Part shown: piece after piece, positions 1 to 9,591 of the stretch | How positions within the stretch are numbered: position 1 is the stretch's first letter | Layout of the letters: each line of letters starts with the position of its first letter | From: Oculatellaceae cyanobacterium bins.114 | GTDB lineage: Bacteria; Cyanobacteriota; Cyanobacteriia; Elainellales; Elainellaceae | Assembly: GCA_033764315.1 (NCBI GenBank) | Contig: JANRJA010000133.1 | Location: 1-33,868 of the forward strand | Reading direction: 5' to 3' | Length of the DNA stretch: 33,868 nt | Notes under the pieces: model-generated | The model's input: only the letters and a program-made list of their open reading frames with translations | What the model was told of the DNA's origin: nothing | Database searches by the model: none | Translations under genes and position numbers: made by a program

Positions 1-1
1 A

Positions 2-583
2 TCTCGAGAATTTATCAACTTAGGGGCAGGGACAGCCGTTGGTGGGGTGCTATCTCTGGCACTGGCACGAGAACTTGCCCCTGTATTAACCGCAGTAGTT
101 GTGACAGGGCGGGTTGGTTCGGCATTTGCGGCTGAGTTAGGCACGATGGAAGTAACAGAGCAGATTGATGCCCTCCAAATGCTCAAAACGGATCCCATTG
201 ATTATTTGGTTATTCCCAGATTGCTCGCTTGCTGTGCTATGTTGCCAATTCTCACGATTCTGTCATTTGTAACGGGTATGGCAGGTGGGGTGCTGATTGC
301 TGACTCACTCTATGGCATCTCTCAAACTGTGTTTCTTGACTCAGCCCGGACATTTTTGAGTGTGTGGGATCTCATCAGTGGCAGCATTAAAGGAGTCGTA
401 TTTGGGGCATTGATTGCAATTATTGGCACAAGCTGGGGGTTAACCACTACTGGAGGGGCTAAAGGGGTGGGTCAATCCACAACAACAGCCGTAGTCACAG
501 CCCTTTTAGCGATCTTTATTACTAATTTCTTTTTATCCTGGTTGATGTTTCAAGGGCCGGGTAGAGCTGGGTTGAATTTTTAG
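2..583 (+). CDS. mlaE: MlaE/TGD1-family lipid ABC transporter permease (5' end lies before the window)
   Basis: Frame open from base 2 (SREFINLGAGTAVGGVLSLALARELAPV...). Signature RELAPVLTAVVVTGRVGSAFAAELGTMEVTEQIDAL and C-terminal GGAKGVGQSTTTAVV. Confidence 0.92.
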   Translation, partial: SREFINLGAGTAVGGVLSLALARELAPVLTAVVVTGRVGSAFAAELGTMEVTEQIDALQMLKTDPIDYLVIPRLLACCAMLPILTILSFVTGMAGGVLIADSLYGISQTVFLDSARTFLSVWDLISGSIKGVVFGALIAIIGTSWGLTTTGGAKGVGQSTTTAVVTALLAIFITNFFLSWLMFQGPGRAGLNF

Positions 584-679
584 GATTATGCTCTGATCTA
601 CTCCATCCTGTCGCCTCTGATTGCTCATCCCTTATAGAATGGGAAGTGCATTCTGCTGTTTGCTGAGAGGCTAGCGATC

Positions 680-1069
680 GTGACTACAACTTCTACTCCG
701 GCTCCTGTTTCAGAAAGCGTACAACTTGCCCCTAGCTACAATTTACCCCTTGCTCTGGTTTTGATTGGGGTTTTGGTGTTTTTGTGGCAACCTTGGGTGG
801 GCGGTGCGATCGCCCTCTTTGCGGTGTTTCTTCTGCTTCAAGCAGTGACATTGCGACTGATTTTTACAGCAACGGCTCTAGACATCTTTAGGGGAGAAAC
901 TCTCATTCGCCGTTTCCCGTATCAAGAGTGGCAAAACTGGCGAATTTTCTGGTCGCCTGTCCCCATTTTGTTTTATTTCAAAGAGGTTAAAAGTATCCAC
1001 TTTTTACCAATTCTGTTTGATCCCAAAGTTTTGAGACAATGTTTAGAGCAACGCTGTCCCTCTGTATAG
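680..1069 (+). CDS. Conserved cyanobacterial membrane protein (DUF3119-like)
   Basis: Two TM helices then RRFPYQEWQNWRIFW...ILFYFKEVKSIHFLPILFD. Family recalled; usual neighbour of mlaE and DUF3086. Confidence 0.8.
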   Translation: MTTTSTPAPVSESVQLAPSYNLPLALVLIGVLVFLWQPWVGGAIALFAVFLLLQAVTLRLIFTATALDIFRGETLIRRFPYQEWQNWRIFWSPVPILFYFKEVKSIHFLPILFDPKVLRQCLEQRCPSV

Positions 1070-1107
1070 TGGCCTTACTGTATAGTTGCTCTACTGTATA
1101 GTTGCTT
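1062..1107. repeat. Three tandem ~16-bp repeats (CTGTATAGTKGC...)
   Basis: CTGTATAGTGGCCTTA (1062), CTGTATAGTTGCTCTA (1078), CTGTATAGTTGCTT (1094). The first copy overlaps the upstream stop codon. Confidence 0.8.
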
Positions 1108-1172
1108 GCCTTTAATAAGTCCTTTGCATCCACCCGCTGTTACGCCTAAATCTTTTGACACGAGTTTTGCCC

Positions 1173-2366
1173 ATGATGCCTGAAGACCCTCAATACTCAG
1201 AGCAATCTAATAATTCTGAACCCTCAATTCCATTAGATAGTGCTGCGTCCTCTGACACCAGTGAGGGGGTGACGCCTAATTCAATCAGTTATTCCGGTGC
1301 TATCGGTTCGACTACCCCAGAAGGGGAGCCACTGCGAACCCCCTTTTTGGCTCAACCTCCGGTTGCCTCACCTGCTGGAACTGAGTTGAGGACGTTAGAG
1401 CAGCGAGTAGCAGAGCTACGCCAGGAAGAACAACGGCTCAAACAAGAAATTGCGACGTTGCAGACGTCTTATAATGCCATGTTGCGGCAGCAAGTGACCG
1501 AGGCTCAAATGGCGATCGGGCGTTTGGTCAAAGATGGGTTAAGCGAACTTGAGCAACGCAAGCAAACTTTACAGATTGCGGTAGAACAGCTTGAACGCCG
1601 ACAAGAGCGCGTTCGGGCTGAGATGCGGACTACCTTTGCCGGAGCCTCGCAAGATCTGGCCATTCGAGTGCAGGGGTTTAAGGATTATCTGGTGGGCAGT
1701 TTACAAGATTTGGCAACTGCCGCAGAGCAATTGCAGCTAGCACCCAAAGCAGAACCTCCTCGACGCACAGCGGCTAATGAGCCTCAAGAGGCGACTCGTT
1801 CTACCTCTGCTCCTGTTGCTCCCAAGTTTGCTGAGCAGAGCTTTGAAGAACAGACCAAACGGATTCGGCGATCGCTTGACCAATACCGCAACTCCCCCGA
1901 TTACTACGGTCCTCCCTGGCAACTGCGCCGGACTTTTGAACCGGTTCATGCCGAGCGAGTTTCCAACTGGTTCTTTACCCAAGGCGGACGGGGTGCTCTG
2001 CGATCGATGGGGTCACGATTACAAAACATTTTGATTGCGTCTGCGATCATTTCTGTGTTGCGAGATATATATGGCGATCGCGCTCGTACTTTAATCCTGG
2101 CAGACTCACCTGAACGGTTAGGTGAATGGCGACGGGGATTGCAAGACTGCCTGGGTATCTCACGGGCTGACTTTGGAGCTGACCAAGGGATTGTGTTGTT
2201 TGAGGCTCCAGAGCCACTCGCGCAACGCGCCGACCGATTGGTCAAACAAAAACAATTGCCCCTGATCATCATGGATGAGTCTGAAGAGGTAATAAATCTA
2301 TCGCTATTGCAATTTCCGTTGTGGTTAGCGTTTGCCGCTGATCCCAATAATCCGGTGATGTATTAG
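1173..2366 (+). CDS. Conserved cyanobacterial coiled-coil protein (DUF3086-like)
   Basis: Disordered N-terminus, coiled coil, FAGASQDLAIRVQGFKDYLVGSLQDL and PDYYGPPWQLRRTFE. ATG at 1173/1176 preferred over TTG at 1155. Confidence 0.82.
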   Translation: MMPEDPQYSEQSNNSEPSIPLDSAASSDTSEGVTPNSISYSGAIGSTTPEGEPLRTPFLAQPPVASPAGTELRTLEQRVAELRQEEQRLKQEIATLQTSYNAMLRQQVTEAQMAIGRLVKDGLSELEQRKQTLQIAVEQLERRQERVRAEMRTTFAGASQDLAIRVQGFKDYLVGSLQDLATAAEQLQLAPKAEPPRRTAANEPQEATRSTSAPVAPKFAEQSFEEQTKRIRRSLDQYRNSPDYYGPPWQLRRTFEPVHAERVSNWFFTQGGRGALRSMGSRLQNILIASAIISVLRDIYGDRARTLILADSPERLGEWRRGLQDCLGISRADFGADQGIVLFEAPEPLAQRADRLVKQKQLPLIIMDESEEVINLSLLQFPLWLAFAADPNNPVMY

Positions 2367-2373
2367 CCTTCTA

Positions 2374-2414
2374 GTTCAAATTCTTGCAAGGCTAAGCTCT
2401 ACAAGAATTTGAAC
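2374..2414. terminator. Inverted repeat between convergent genes, probable bidirectional terminator
   Basis: GTTCAAATTCTTG (2374-2386) / CAAGAATTTGAAC (2402-2414), a perfect 13-bp stem. Confidence 0.6.
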
Positions 2415-2427
2415 CTTTAAAGATGGC

Positions 2428-2802
2428 TTATCCCCATGAGTCGAGGTCGAGTGCCTGTGAGCCACCCCGCTCTAGTTGAATCAAGATTTTACCCAGTTGC
2501 CACCAGACCAGAAGCGATGTAAACACGGTGAGGGGCAAGGCAACTCCATAGGCCAAGTTATCAGGAAACCCAAAAATTTGTAGACCAGCCGAGAGAAAAA
2601 AGCTAATCCCTAGCGAGATCCCTAAAAAGGGAATTAAGAGTTGAGGTCCTTTTAGGTTTGCCAGTGTGCGCGTAGAACGATTTTTTGCCCACGCTTGCAC
2701 GGCTTGCTTTAGAGTGGCGTCAAAGGCGGCACCAGAAGCAGCTGCAATAAAAAGACCAAAGATCATTAAAAAATAGGGAGGATCTGGATAATAGTAGGGC
2801 AC
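2428..2802 (-). CDS. Hypothetical membrane protein (3 TM, cyanobacterial type)
   Basis: 124-aa ORF with three hydrophobic segments and C-terminal GGSQALDLD. Confidence 0.75.
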   Translation of the reverse strand: MPYYYPDPPYFLMIFGLFIAAASGAAFDATLKQAVQAWAKNRSTRTLANLKGPQLLIPFLGISLGISFFLSAGLQIFGFPDNLAYGVALPLTVFTSLLVWWQLGKILIQLERGGSQALDLDSWG

Positions 2803-2866
2803 AAAAAATTCCTAACTAACGTTACACATCTCAATATTGTCTACGATTTGGGCTTAAACGCGATCG

Positions 2867-4621
2867 CTAGTTGCTTTTAGAGGGTTGGAACTTATAGCCC
2901 TGAAACAGCGGTAACATCGCCACAGAGGGCAACAAAGCTGCGGCTCCTTCGGCTGAAAAATCTGCTAACGCTCCTAAAGCAGCATGAACCAGACGAGAAG
3001 GTTGCAAATCATCTTTGATCAGGTTCCAGAGCCGTTGAACCTCTTCGGTATGCAAGCGATCGTCCTCTACCAATGCCAAAATCACCTGACGCTGAAGAAA
3101 TCGTCCTTCATCAGATAAGAGATACTGCAACCCCAACTGAGCCGTTGGCAAAATATCGAAGTTTTGGTTATTAGAGCGGGCGATCGCAATTAGATTTTCC
3201 AGTCGCTGCCATTGGAACTTGCCATCTTTAAACAGCACCTCAATCAAGCGTCGCCGTAACTCTGGCGACTCCCCAGTTAGCAACCGCTGTGCCACATAAG
3301 GATAGGCAATTTCGACAATTTTGAACTTGGGATTGAGACTTAGTGCCAACCCTTCCTGGGTGACAAGCGATCGAATGATCAGTGCAAATTGGGCAGGAAC
3401 GCGGAACGGGTACTCGTACATCAACTCCGAAAACTGGTCAGTAATCGTCTTGAAGTTGAAATCTCCAACGCTCTCACCAATCGCATTTCCTAAAACTGTC
3501 TCTAAAGCAGGAATGATTGGAGTAATGTTGGTCGTTGGTGTCAAAAACCCTAACTTGACAAAATCTTTGGCCAGTTCACTATAGTCGCGGTTAATCAGGT
3601 GCACCACCGAGTCAACCAGAGTTTCTTTGGTAGCTTGGGTAAGCTGATCCATCATGCCAAAGTCGATGTATGCCATCCGTCCATCGGGCATAGCAAACAA
3701 ATTGCCAGGGTGAGGATCAGCATGGAAGAAACCGAACTCTAACAATTGTCGTAAACCAGAACGAACCCCTATTTCAATTAAAGTATTGGTGTCTAAGCCA
3801 GCTTCTTTGACTCGCTGAGTATCAGTCAATTTGAAGCCGTTGATCCACTCTAGGGTCAAGACGTGGGAATTGCTGTAACGCCAAAATATTGAAGGGACTT
3901 TAACCGTTGGATCATCCTGAAAATTGGCGGCAAATTTTTCTGCGTTGCGCCCCTCATTGAGATAATCGATCTCCTCAAATAGTTTAGTACCAAACTCATC
4001 CACAATTAGGGTGAGATCGTGCCCTAAGTTAAGAGGCAGCCAAGGCGCAATCCAGGTGGCAGCCCACCGCATCAGATATAAATCCAGCGTAATCGTAGGG
4101 CGCAGATTGGGTCGTTGCACCTTAACGGCTACATCTTCACCCGTCCGCAGCTTGGCTTGATAGACTTGCCCTAAACTAGCTGCCGCAACTGGCTCAGGCG
4201 ACATGTAACTAAAAATTTCATCAACCGAGCGATCGAGGTCTGACTCAATAATGGCGATCGCATGAGGGGTAGGAAACGGAGGAAGCTGGTCTTGAAGCTT
4301 GACTAGCTCTTCTAAAAAATCTTTGCGAATCAAGTCAGGGCGAGTAGACAGAGCCTGACCCACTTTAATAAAGGTGGGACCCAGTTGGGTCAATGTTTGC
4401 CGTAGTTGCACGGCCCGATCTGGGGTGTGACCGTTGGCCTGTCCCTGCCAGTCATCCCACTTTAGCCCTATCACAAAAACCGCAAATAACCAGACAATTC
4501 TAAGAGCACGCCATATAGCTCTCCAGGGGCGATAGCCATAGTATCGGGCGATCGCTGCTGCATCATAACGCCGCATCTGGCTCCACTTATCTTGACTCAC
4601 GCTGTTGTCTGCCTCTCTCAC
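2867..4621 (-). CDS. ABC1/AarF/UbiB-family atypical protein kinase
   Basis: LGPTFIKVGQALSTRPDL, AAASLGQVY, VAVKVQRP, FFHADPHPGN, YIDFGM motifs. Confidence 0.95.
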   Translation of the reverse strand: MREADNSVSQDKWSQMRRYDAAAIARYYGYRPWRAIWRALRIVWLFAVFVIGLKWDDWQGQANGHTPDRAVQLRQTLTQLGPTFIKVGQALSTRPDLIRKDFLEELVKLQDQLPPFPTPHAIAIIESDLDRSVDEIFSYMSPEPVAAASLGQVYQAKLRTGEDVAVKVQRPNLRPTITLDLYLMRWAATWIAPWLPLNLGHDLTLIVDEFGTKLFEEIDYLNEGRNAEKFAANFQDDPTVKVPSIFWRYSNSHVLTLEWINGFKLTDTQRVKEAGLDTNTLIEIGVRSGLRQLLEFGFFHADPHPGNLFAMPDGRMAYIDFGMMDQLTQATKETLVDSVVHLINRDYSELAKDFVKLGFLTPTTNITPIIPALETVLGNAIGESVGDFNFKTITDQFSELMYEYPFRVPAQFALIIRSLVTQEGLALSLNPKFKIVEIAYPYVAQRLLTGESPELRRRLIEVLFKDGKFQWQRLENLIAIARSNNQNFDILPTAQLGLQYLLSDEGRFLQRQVILALVEDDRLHTEEVQRLWNLIKDDLQPSRLVHAALGALADFSAEGAAALLPSVAMLPLFQGYKFQPSKSN

Positions 4622-5164
4622 GCACTAGTAGTAGTTATCTCAACCAGATCGAAACTGCTGCCAGCAGGGCGGCAATCGTTTTCCAGTTGGATGACTACCA
4701 TCTGCTAGCGTGTAACTTTAAACCCAATCAGCTGCCAATAAGGTTTTGCTACTATGTCTAACGGCGTTTAGCACCGTTAAGGAAAGCCTTATTCACTAAA
4801 TTGCAGCTTTAGCAAGCGAGATTATAGATTATGAAGTTTGTCATTTCTTTAAATATAGTATAAAAAACTACAAATTATCTCGCTTTTGGGTTAGGAAAAG
4901 TTAATCTTATTTCAAGTAAATATACCTAATAAAGGGGCACTTGTCGTCAAAAATTGATAAAACTCAGGGCACAAGTCATCTTTCTTGTATGAAGATATCT
5001 CAATTCAAGGTTAAGGAATATTAAGGAAAACTCTTGTCGTCTCATTCCTGCTAAAAAGGCTGACTTAAACGGATTTCTCACACAACTCTGGCTGAGGTGA
5101 AGCGGATCTCGATCAACCTTTCGGGCTACTAAGCACAGAGATCTACCCGATTTCCTCAAAGGAG

Positions 5165-5194
5165 CTTAATTTTACGATTACCCCTCCTTAAACC
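5165..5194 (+). promoter_or_regulatory. Candidate Pho box (SphR/PhoB site) upstream of phoX
   Basis: 8-mers at 11-bp spacing: CTTAATTT (5165), GATTACCC (5176, weak), CTTAAACC (5187). Resembles the cyanobacterial CTTAACCT x3 consensus and sits upstream of a phosphatase gene. Confidence 0.4.
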
Positions 5195-5402
5195 AACCTC
5201 GATACATTTTCTCTGTGGGCCGTTGTATGCTCGGCACCTCTCTTGAGTTAAACAAATTGTTTCATTTTGTTACTTTTTGGTTATCTGATGGCAGCTACTC
5301 AAACGGTTCGCCTTAAGAGAGGTGATTAAAGAGAGGTTCCCAACCACATCAGATCGATTTACAGATAGATCCATACAAGAGAAGAACTAGAAAGCGAGTG
5401 GT

Positions 5403-7631
5403 ATGACACTTAAACGTAGACACTTTTTGATGTTTTTAGGGGCAAGCGCTGGTTCGATGGCGTTGCAACCATTTGTGCAGGGGCAAAAGATTTCTATGCC
5501 CTTTCAAGGCTCCCCAGCTGCTGCACAAGAGGCTCCCAATGGTTTAAGCTTCCGCCCGGTTAAGAGTCCAATGCCATTAGAGACCGAGGGTCTATCACTC
5601 GAAAAACAACTCAGTGACTTTAGCCAATACACAGTTGTTGATGATATGGTGCTGCCTGAGGGCTATACCTATGATTTGATTGCTGCTTGGGGCGATCGCA
5701 TTGGTTCCAATGACCACTTTGGTTATAACAACGACTACCTTTCTTTTATTGAGACGGCTCCGGGTCAGGGTTATTTAGTGGTGAACCACGAATACATCAG
5801 TGCTAAACCCTGGATTCAAACCTATCAAGAAGTCATTGGTCGCTCACTCCCCTTTGAGGATGTGATTGCAGCTGTCAAAGCGGCTCCTGAAGAAGAGATT
5901 AATGCCTTTGCTCTGTCAGATGGAGACGCCTTGAAAGCCAAGATTAAGGAGATCTCAAAGGCATCTCAATATGACATGGGCTTGAGTGTGATCTCAATTC
6001 GCAAAGCGGCTAACGGTCGTTGGGAACGCACTAATTCCAGTGCTGACCGTCGCATCAGTGGTATTTCTGGTCTAGAAGATGGCAAATATCTGAAAGCAAC
6101 GGGGCCTGCGGTGGCGGTGTTCCGCAAGCAACGGGGCGTTGGTTACATTGATGGATTGGGCGATCGCATCATTGGCACCTTCAACAACTGCTCTGGTGGC
6201 ACGAGCCCTTGGGGAACCGTATTTAGTGCCGAAGAGAACTTCCAGGATTTCGTCCCTGAAGGTGTGAATGCGGATGGTACGTCCCTAGACCCCAGCAAAA
6301 AGCCCTTTACCTTAGCCGAAGATGACATCGCAGGTCTGGGTAACGTGTTTGGTCAAGCAGGAAACAAGTATGGCTGGATGGTCGAAGTTGACCCGGCTAA
6401 CCCCAACGACTACGGCACCAAGCACACCTGGTTAGGTCGCTTCCGTCATGAAGCCGTTGCCATTCGTGCTGAAGCGGGCAAGCAATTGGCAGTTTACTCT
6501 GGGTGCGATCGCCGGGGTGGACACCTCTATAAATTTGTTAGCACTGGCAGCATCACCAACCCCCAAAGCAAGACCAATTCTGGGTTGCTCTCAAACGGCA
6601 TGCTCTATGCCGCTAAATTTAACCCCGATGGCACAGGGCGTTGGATTGCACTGCAACCTAGCACTCCAGTTAATCCAGATATGCCTAGTGCTCACGTTGG
6701 TGGCATGATCACCCTACCTAAGCGTCCTGAAGGTGGAGTGGTCAAGGTCACTGATGACGCGGTTGCACAGGCATTCAAGAGCCGCTATGCCACATTGGGT
6801 AATCTCTATGTGGGAACCGATCGCGAGAAGCAAGGAGCCATCTTGATCGATGCTCACTACGCTGCCAACGCAGCAGGCGCAACTTGTACCGCTCGCCCTG
6901 AAGACACCGATTTGGGTGCCGATGGCTCGGTGTTTATCGCCTTTACTTCTGGCTCAGCTAGCAGCAGCGATGGTAGCCCCAACAAAGAGGTCTTTAAAGG
7001 GCCAAATGGCGAGTCACCCTACGAATATGGCTGGATCGTCAAGCTCGAAGAAGACAGCAACGATCCCGCTGCCATGACCTTTAAGTGGAGCACCTTCTCC
7101 ACAGGTGGTGAACCTGCGGCAGGGGGTCTGGGCTTTGCAAACCCTGACAACCTGGAGTTTGACAGCAGCGGCAACCTTTGGGTTGTTACTGACATGTCGA
7201 GTGAAGCCCTCAACATTGCCACTCCTAGCCGCATCAAGTCTGACGGCAGTGCCGTCAGTCAATCGGCCATGCGGGCAATTTACGGTAACAACTCTATCTG
7301 GTTCATTCCCACTTCTGGCCCCAATGCGGGTGAAGCATTCTTGTTTGGCTATGGCCCAATGGATGCTGAAATGACGGGTCCTTTCTTCACACGTGATCAG
7401 CAAACGCTGTTTTTAGCAGCACAGCACCCCGGTGAGGTAAATGGTCGTCGGGAAGAGATGAAGTCCGAGACACGTCAGTTTGCAATGAAGACGACAACGG
7501 GTGAAGAGTTTATCCAGACCCGTGAGGTGCCGATTGGCTCAAACTGGCCTGGTAAGGGGCGTAATGACCCTCCTAAGCCTGCTGTGATTGCGATCCGTCG
7601 AATTAACGGTGGCAGTATCACGGAGGTATAG
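5403..7631 (+). CDS. phoX: PhoX-family (DUF839) alkaline phosphatase with Tat signal
   Basis: Twin-arginine signal LKRRHFL; FGYNNDY, VNHEY, NCSGGTSPWGT..AEEN, LGRFRHEA, RPED, NPDN, AEMTG, QHPGE motifs. Confidence 0.92.
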   Translation: MTLKRRHFLMFLGASAGSMALQPFVQGQKISMPFQGSPAAAQEAPNGLSFRPVKSPMPLETEGLSLEKQLSDFSQYTVVDDMVLPEGYTYDLIAAWGDRIGSNDHFGYNNDYLSFIETAPGQGYLVVNHEYISAKPWIQTYQEVIGRSLPFEDVIAAVKAAPEEEINAFALSDGDALKAKIKEISKASQYDMGLSVISIRKAANGRWERTNSSADRRISGISGLEDGKYLKATGPAVAVFRKQRGVGYIDGLGDRIIGTFNNCSGGTSPWGTVFSAEENFQDFVPEGVNADGTSLDPSKKPFTLAEDDIAGLGNVFGQAGNKYGWMVEVDPANPNDYGTKHTWLGRFRHEAVAIRAEAGKQLAVYSGCDRRGGHLYKFVSTGSITNPQSKTNSGLLSNGMLYAAKFNPDGTGRWIALQPSTPVNPDMPSAHVGGMITLPKRPEGGVVKVTDDAVAQAFKSRYATLGNLYVGTDREKQGAILIDAHYAANAAGATCTARPEDTDLGADGSVFIAFTSGSASSSDGSPNKEVFKGPNGESPYEYGWIVKLEEDSNDPAAMTFKWSTFSTGGEPAAGGLGFANPDNLEFDSSGNLWVVTDMSSEALNIATPSRIKSDGSAVSQSAMRAIYGNNSIWFIPTSGPNAGEAFLFGYGPMDAEMTGPFFTRDQQTLFLAAQHPGEVNGRREEMKSETRQFAMKTTTGEEFIQTREVPIGSNWPGKGRNDPPKPAVIAIRRINGGSITEV

Positions 7632-7681
7632 GTTAGCGTAGGTCGTTCTCGTTTGACTATGACTATGACATAGAAGTTGTG

Positions 7682-7714
7682 TCCCCATTTCTACTCAGGA
7701 ATGGGGATTTTTTT
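7682..7714 (+). terminator. Rho-independent terminator of phoX
   Basis: TCCCCATT...AATGGGGA stem followed by a T-run. Confidence 0.8.
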
Positions 7715-7791
7715 GTGATACCCATTCAAGCGTCGTTATCTTGATAGATGTCGAAAAGCAAGCTTTGGGATGCTTCCCTAAGCTTTAATTG

Positions 7792-7935
7792 AACGTCAGT
7801 CGGTTAAGCAGCCCAGTGCATAAATTCGCGGCTACCAGAGCGAAGTCTGCGACTCGACTGAGCATCGCTAAACATCTGAGCTTACGCCGAGGTCAGCGGT
7901 TTCAACCGCCAAAATCCTTATCCCGAACTCAGGTT
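7792..7935. repeat. Small dispersed repeat / MITE-like element, family A copy 1
   Basis: Imperfect terminal IRs AACGTCAGTCGGTTAAG / CTTATCCCGAACTCAGGTT. Internal blocks (GCAGCCCAG..AATTCGCGGCTACC..CGAAGTC; AACCGC.AAAATCCT.ATCCCGA) are shared with 25942-26178. Confidence 0.8.
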
Positions 7936-7977
7936 ACTTTATTGAAAACGTGGAGATATTAAAGTAGAGAGACTTGA

Positions 7978-8775
7978 TTATGGCTTTAGGGAGCGATCGC
8001 CCTCATGGATAGACTGCATAAAAGTTTCTGTAATCTGCCGCAAAGGCGGATCAAGCCGTTCTAACACAGCTTGGGCGATCGCCTCTGGCACTTCTCCATA
8101 AAATGCTTCTGCGATTCCTCCAGTGATGCAGGTGAGGGTATCACTGTCTCCACCCAAGGACACAGCATTACGAATGGCATCTTCAAAATCGGTAGACTCT
8201 AGAAAAGCGATGATTGCCTCAGGCACCGTTTCTTGGCAAGACTCATTAAAGGTATAGACTGGCCGAATGTCGTTGAGACTGCGGTTCAAATCATAGCCAA
8301 ACTGCGTTTCAACAAACGATCGAATCTCATCTTTGCTATGCCCAGTTCGCCCTAAAAAGATAGCCACCGCTGTCGCTTGGGCACCTTTGACCCCTTCTGG
8401 GTGATTGTGAGTGACTTCGGCACTGCGCTGAGCCTCTTGCAGCACACTCTCTAAATCTTGACCTACCCATCCAATAGGGCTAACCCGCATCGCTGAGCCA
8501 TTTCCCCAACTGTTATAGGGTTCTGGGTGGGTTGAGGTCGCCCACTGAATAAATCTGGCTCCATAACTTCCCACAGGATTGGGATAGTGCTGGTAATAAC
8601 GCCTGAAGCTCGCTACATAATCTCCTTGATTAAGCACCACCTCAGCGACTGCAACCGTCAGAATCGTATCATCGGTAAAAGTGCTAGGTGGGCTAAAAAG
8701 TGGAAAGTCTTTGCTGCGGTGATTATTAAACTCATACACTGAGCCAATCATATCTCCAGCGATCGCTCCTAACAT
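7978..8775 (-). CDS. ADP-ribosylglycohydrolase (DraG/ARH family)
   Basis: GAIAGDMIG, FTDDT, SWGNGSAMR, VTHNHPEG, GGDSDT motifs. Confidence 0.93.
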   Translation of the reverse strand: MLGAIAGDMIGSVYEFNNHRSKDFPLFSPPSTFTDDTILTVAVAEVVLNQGDYVASFRRYYQHYPNPVGSYGARFIQWATSTHPEPYNSWGNGSAMRVSPIGWVGQDLESVLQEAQRSAEVTHNHPEGVKGAQATAVAIFLGRTGHSKDEIRSFVETQFGYDLNRSLNDIRPVYTFNESCQETVPEAIIAFLESTDFEDAIRNAVSLGGDSDTLTCITGGIAEAFYGEVPEAIAQAVLERLDPPLRQITETFMQSIHEGDRSLKP

Positions 8776-9434
8776 GGTTCATGCTCCAGGGGGTTGATAT
8801 CTAAGTCACAAAACTGACAAATCGCCTTCCAGATCTGGGGTTGCACATTGCTCAGAGCATGATCGCTCTCTAGCTCCACCAGTTTTACCCAGGGACGAGA
8901 TGCTGCATAGTCTCGGCTTGCTTGAACGGAAATAACTTCATCCTGATTGCCGTGAAGAATTAAAGTGGGAATGCTACGCTGCAATTGTTCATCGTGATAT
9001 TGCATAGCATCTTGCACAAACCCATAATGCAACGGTAGCGATCGCCCCTCTCCATAATGAAAAACTGACAAAAATTGCTCTGCTTGCCAGCGATGCAGTT
9101 GATTGATGCTGAGTTTTGGCAACCAGTGGCTCAAAAAATTAAAGGCAGGGGCAAGTAACACAAGTCGCTGCACCTGGAGATTGCGCTCAGCTAACCAGGC
9201 TGCTGTTAAGCCTCCCAGACTAGACCCAATCAACGTCACTGGCGTAGGCAATGGTGGAAACTCAGCCTCGACTTGTTGGAGTTGACGAGTAATGGTGAGA
9301 TGAGAAAAATCACCCTAGTTGAGATCAGGAATGAATAGGGGAATATTAAGGCTTTGAAAGCGATCGCTGAGGTTACGAGCTTTGACCGAACCAGGACTAG
9401 ATGCAAATCCATGTAAGTAGAGATAAGATGCCAT
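8769..9434 (-). pseudogene. YqiA/YcfP-like alpha/beta-hydrolase (esterase) with in-frame TAG at codon 40
   Basis: The reading frame from ATG 9434 gives MASYLYLHGFASSPGSVKA...IPDLN*GDFSHLTITRQL...LIGSSLGG...HGNQDEV...SDH. TAG at 9315-9317 (minus) separates the HGF oxyanion motif from the GSSLG nucleophile. Confidence 0.85.
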
Positions 9435-9591
9435 CGTGAAATCTAGATATATTTAAGTTTTAATTTCTATTTCTGGGTTCGATTATTGCCAATTTTTAGC
9501 GTTGCTGTGTTGGTGAGTGGGTGATTGCAGAACTGCGATCGCTATCACGGCTGACATACATTTATGGTTCTGCTGCTCTACAATCCCTAAG

